From Candidatus Heimdallarchaeota archaeon (lineage in GTDB: Archaea; Asgardarchaeota; Heimdallarchaeia; Heimdallarchaeales; Heimdallarchaeaceae): 64,000 nt of DNA. The stretch covers positions 206,284-270,283 of the forward strand of contig JAHLWR010000002.1 in the NCBI GenBank assembly GCA_019057815.1, in the 5' to 3' direction. Both the position numbers and the translations under genes were made by a program. Positions 62,098 through 64,000 of this stretch are shown in pieces. Each line of letters starts with the position of its first letter. Position 1 is the first letter of the stretch. The notes under the pieces were generated by a model. That model was not told the origin of the DNA. It searched no databases and was given only the letters and a program-made list of their open reading frames with translations.

Positions 62098-62892
62098 ATG
62101 GGTGAGTTAGAACAAGTACAGAAAGAACAAAAGATTCTATTTATACCTAGAAGAGTTCTGAGAGTGTATGAGTTCAGAACAACATGCTGGAATTGTAAGG
62201 AACAAACCAAGAGAACAGCTTTAACAGAAGAGTTTGTATCACCATTCTCAAGTAAATGGAGGATAATAGCTTACAGGTTAGTATTGTGGGGAGATAAACT
62301 GAAAGAATTAGCAGTAGAGAAGGGAGTGGAGTTTAAGATGAGGAAGAACAGTCAAACGAAGAAGATGAACTATGTGAGTGTATGTTATTATTGTGAACAG
62401 ACACAAGGAGATGGACAGCTGTTATACGAGTTCCCAAAAGAAGACTCAGAGAGATGGTTAAGAGAGCATTGTAAAAAAGAGATAGAGTTACCATATAGCA
62501 AGAAAGAGAGACGTTTGATGAAAAAAGAACAATGGGTAACAAAAGTGAAAGAATGGGGAAAAGGAGAGAAAAAGAACTATCAATGTCCGTATTGTGGGAA
62601 AATATTGGGAAGAGAACCAGAAGGAAGGGTAGAGAAGATAGGAAAAGAAGAGCACAAGATGAAAATAGAGGGAGAAATGTGGAAATGTAAAGAATGTAAG
62701 ATGATGATGAAGACAGAAGAAGGACAAGAGGAACAAGAGCAAGAGTTAGTATGGTCAGAAACATATGATGTAGCGCAAAGGATGAGAAATTACAAATACA
62801 GTCAAGTTTCACTGGAAGCGTTCATTAAACCTGAAAGGAAGAAAGGGAAGAAAAAGGGAGAAAAGAGGGTAAGATATGTAATAAGGAGATAA
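62098..62892 (+). CDS. Multi-zinc-finger protein, mobile-element type
   Basis: CWNC, CYYC..TQGD, CPYC, CKEC; strongly purine-biased coding strand. Confidence 0.65.
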   Translation: MGELEQVQKEQKILFIPRRVLRVYEFRTTCWNCKEQTKRTALTEEFVSPFSSKWRIIAYRLVLWGDKLKELAVEKGVEFKMRKNSQTKKMNYVSVCYYCEQTQGDGQLLYEFPKEDSERWLREHCKKEIELPYSKKERRLMKKEQWVTKVKEWGKGEKKNYQCPYCGKILGREPEGRVEKIGKEEHKMKIEGEMWKCKECKMMMKTEEGQEEQEQELVWSETYDVAQRMRNYKYSQVSLEAFIKPERKKGKKKGEKRVRYVIRR

Positions 62893-63026
62893 AGAAGAAA
62901 GGGGGTTGAAGCGAGAAAAAAGGAAGAATATAAATGCACTGAAGAAACTCGCTTCAATAAGATAATATTCAATTTCATTTAAAAGCAAGAAGAAAAAGTG
63001 AAGTATTGAAAAGCAAGAAAGTGATT

Positions 63027-63839
63027 TTAAAAATTATTATTATTTTTCAGCTTTGTTTCTTCTTCACTCTTCCTTAATTCCTGTTTAAATAACTGAACAT
63101 TTCTTCGGAAATTAGAAATATACTCCTTTATACTCTTTCTTTTTAGATTAGATTTAAAAGAATCATGGTATGTTTTTGCATAATCTACAATCACGCTAAA
63201 TGCGTCTATGAAAAGAGTATTATCATAAATAAAATTCTCAGGAGAATAAGTTATTTGTTTTTTACTTAGATCATATTCAACGTAAAATCCTTTTTGTTTT
63301 CTTTTTTCCATTATAGTAAAATCTGCTTCCAATTTTTCAAGAATATCCATTATCTCTAATGTTTTTTTAGCTAAAGGGATAGATTTTGTTTCAGATAGAA
63401 TGATTTTTCTTAATTTACGTTCAAAGGCTTTTTTATTAATAATTTCAGTCTTAAGCTCTTCATATATTCCTAGAATCTCCTCTTTCTTTTCAGAAGAATA
63501 AAAATACTCTTGAAATACAATATAGGAAAAGTTATTCCAACCTGATATATGTTTATCAACATGACTTGATTGCATAACTTGAACTTGTTTATCATTCTCA
63601 TCATAAATATCAAAAAAAAGACCATAAATCATCCAAAATTTTGACAACTCCTCAAACCCGAGAACAGCTAAAGAATAAGAATGACCAAAAGAACCATTGT
63701 TCCTTAATAATTCGGCATCAGTGAGAAATTGTTCAGCATTTTCTAAACAAGTTTTTTGTAAGAGTAAATAAAAATCATATTTGCTGGAATTCATTACGAA
63801 AGAAAGAAAATCGCAAATAAAAGGGTTTTCAATTAACAT
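63027..63839 (-). CDS. AbiV-family (HEPN) abortive-infection protein
   Basis: LENA..FL.DA.LL...GS.GHS.SLAVL..EELSK, SHVDKH, RKQKGFYV. Start probably ATG 63794. Confidence 0.8.
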   Translation of the reverse strand: MLIENPFICDFLSFVMNSSKYDFYLLLQKTCLENAEQFLTDAELLRNNGSFGHSYSLAVLGFEELSKFWMIYGLFFDIYDENDKQVQVMQSSHVDKHISGWNNFSYIVFQEYFYSSEKKEEILGIYEELKTEIINKKAFERKLRKIILSETKSIPLAKKTLEIMDILEKLEADFTIMEKRKQKGFYVEYDLSKKQITYSPENFIYDNTLFIDAFSVIVDYAKTYHDSFKSNLKRKSIKEYISNFRRNVQLFKQELRKSEEETKLKNNNNF

Positions 63840-64000
63840 ATGTCCAAGTTAGATTCAGAGCATTTCTTACCGAAATCTAAAAGGAAATATATTCCAACAT
63901 GTAATAGCACAAGTTTTTTAATTCAGAATGTTATCTACTCTTAAATTAAGAGTGTGGAGCTATGGAACCAGAGAAGAGAGCTCGGAAACTCATAGATATA

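Noticed and set aside
62333-62812. Hydrophobic minus-strand ORFs
   Set aside because: By-product of the purine-rich plus-strand gene 62098-62892.

Overview
AT-rich archaeal chromosomal window. The gene set (archaeal DnaG, Hjc, pelota, RPA2-like protein, longin-like protein, gyrase, intron-containing tRNAs) best fits an Asgard archaeon, probably Heimdallarchaeia; this is inference. It holds housekeeping genes, NfnAB/SudAB, a large split cluster for a complex I-like group 4 [NiFe]-hydrogenase with hypCDEF and a HycI-type protease, gyrBA followed by an orphan SMC/Rad50-like ATPase, transporters and hydrolases, three tRNAs (Val-CAC; Ser-GCT with a D-loop intron; Trp-CCA with a 37/38 intron), the SRP RNA, and the start of an accessory island with HEPN/AbiV genes after about 59.6 kb. 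The strongest signals are non-coding. (1) A stand-alone 71-nt box C/D RNA about 410 bp downstream of tRNA-Trp whose two guides hit pre-tRNA-Trp C34 and C39 by the D+5 rule, while the intron itself has no C/D boxes. (2) A 338-bp non-autonomous element with subterminal inverted repeats, a TATG duplication, an internal TATA-like box and a highly structured RNA core, inserted in a membrane-protein gene. (3) A divergent RNase P/MRP-like RNA candidate next to tRNA-Ser. (4) A three-hairpin RNA with a repeated apical motif between dnaG and tRNA-Val. All family calls come from motif recognition by eye; no searches were run.
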